A stretch of 63,450 nt of DNA, counting the filler, from Pelomyxa schiedti (lineage: Eukaryota; Protista; Evosea): the NCBI GenBank assembly GCA_020536535.1. It is 12 parts of 12 records of this genome, joined end to end, with 100 filler letters (N's around TTAATTAATTAA, not from the genome) between each part and the next. Parts side by side here need not be neighbours in the genome. Positions count along the whole stretch, not along the records: positions 61,856 to 63,450 come from JAHLWZ010002401.1; 11 more parts are not named here. One strand, 5' to 3'. Below, in pieces: positions 62,048-63,450 of this stretch. Within the stretch, counting starts at the first letter, position 1. Each line of letters starts with the position of its first letter. The translations under genes were made by a program, and so were the position numbers. The notes under the pieces are model-generated. The model was not told where the DNA came from. It saw only the letters and a list, made by a program, of their open reading frames with translations, and searched no databases.

Positions 62048-63450
62048 GTGTTGCTATGTGCGGGAAGTGTTGAACGATGATATATTTGCCGAACTGGCAG
62101 GCGCCTGTGGTCCCATGCTTAAGCTGAGGTCCTCAAAACTGGAGCTTGCAAGAGCATGGTTTCATCTTAAAAGTTCATGTTTTTTGTTTCCTTTTCTTTT
62201 GACAATGGTTCATCCTTATCAGGGAAGTATCCAATGAAACTCTGGAGCAACAATTCGAAGCTCTTGCAACTGAACGGAACTTTCTCACACCAGTTGATGG
62301 GTATCATTGTGCGCAATTTGAGGATATTATGTCTATAATAACCAACGGATTCTTGACTGATCGCAATGTATGCGTAACATATCCTCCCAGTTCATCATTT
62401 CCGTTTTAGAGAAGGTCTGGGCAAGGAGTCTCTGTGAATATTCACTGCCAAAATGCTATCAACTTCAGGTTTTATTTTATTTTATTTTAATTAGACATTT
62501 GAAGTTCCAACAGTGATGAGAATTTATTTTGCTTGCGCTGTCGAGTTAATGTTGGGAAAGTATTCCCGACTGATGAAAAAATTGAGGTTAGTTCTGTTTT
62601 CCAAAAGCCTCTATTGAAAGTACAAAAAAGGATCCCGCTTTGGCACTAAAAGTGCTTAAAGATGGATACCATAGTATCTCTCTCAAGAACAGCACTATTG
62701 TTGTCTACCACTCAAGGCAAATTTTGCCCAAGTACTTATTCTTATTCAAGGTTTGCACATAATTAATAAATTAATGCACATAATAAATTTTAAATGATCG
62801 CAGAAAGCTCGGAAAAGGGAATTGAGTCGGATTAACACACTGGAGGCTCTCCCTGATGTTGGGATTACTATCACTCAGCATAACGATACATTACACAAAT
62901 GTACAAACAAAAAAAACCATAAAAATACATCCAAATGACTGCTTGATAGGTCCACCTGCCGTGGGACGGGTTGCAATGACAAGTGATTTCATCTGTGTTC
63001 TATGCACCAACCCTATGTTCACTCATCACTGCATCATTACGCCAAGGCGGGAGATTATATGGAAAGAACTGATAGCCAGTGACATTCCGCTCATCCAGCG
63101 TATGGTTGAGTTTGCAGAAACTATAAAACTACGGTATGGTTGACCCACTATCCTGTCAATACCTTTATTCATTCTTCAGGTTTGAAGAGAAAGAGAAAAC
63201 CTCCACCAAAGCCCCACAGCAATACAGAATTGGATTTCTTCCCAACCCCGCAAACGAGTTAAGTCATTCTTCCCCATTCCCCAAACCAAAATCGCTGACA
63301 TCACGCACAGGCAACTTCACTGTCACCTGGTGTCCAGCACCAAGCTAGACATACTTGTACACTCCAAGGTGCTTCAGTCCAAGTGGGACAGCCTCAAGCC
63401 GCCCGAGTGGCTCCTCGACGCCCTCCGCCTCGGCACCCACTGCCAGGGCT
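62048..63450 (+). CDS. PARP-catalytic-like (ART fold, degenerate) + HIT (aprataxin/DcpS_C/HINT3-like) fusion; incomplete
   Basis: EVSNETLEQQF...GYHCA...IMSIITNGF / GQGVSV / LRCRVNVGKV / GYHSI...IVVYHSRQILPKYLF, then in frame NPMFTHHCIITPR...DIPLIQRM / YRIGFLPNP / QLHCHLVS. Confidence 0.7.

Overview
This is eukaryotic genomic DNA made of 12 contigs. They are joined by an artificial N44-TTAATTAATTAA-N44 linker (11 copies), and there is one plain 100-N gap. Genes are dense and split by many short (~40-60 nt) GT-AG introns, so the ORF track fragments most of them. The expanded lineage-specific families (Sel1 repeats, 'PRCG' N-terminal motif, degenerate ankyrin-like proteins, odd kinases) and the anaerobe-type enzymes suggest an anaerobic amoebozoan such as Pelomyxa; this is inference from pattern recognition, not a search. 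Conserved genes: CSL4 fragment, tRNA-Ala/Asp/Gly, cupin_3, PTEN, PLD3, BDP1, DDX23/PRP28 and an ERGIC-53/VIP36 lectin. The most unusual items are: (1) a membrane-anchored NMNAT-like nucleotidyltransferase that splices in frame into an EcKL/APH-fold small-molecule kinase; (2) directly upstream of it, a 15-intron bacterial-type CoA-disulfide/persulfide reductase-rhodanese-TusA-TusA-DsrE fusion; (3) an intron-containing GH57 glycoside hydrolase; (4) a PARP-like/HIT fusion; (5) a 607-bp hAT element with a perfect 8-bp TSD inside a CSL4 intron; (6) a palindromic-motif array that looks like a transposon end; and (7) a tRNA-Ala enclosed by a ~237-bp inverted repeat. All exon structures were assembled by hand and need transcript confirmation.
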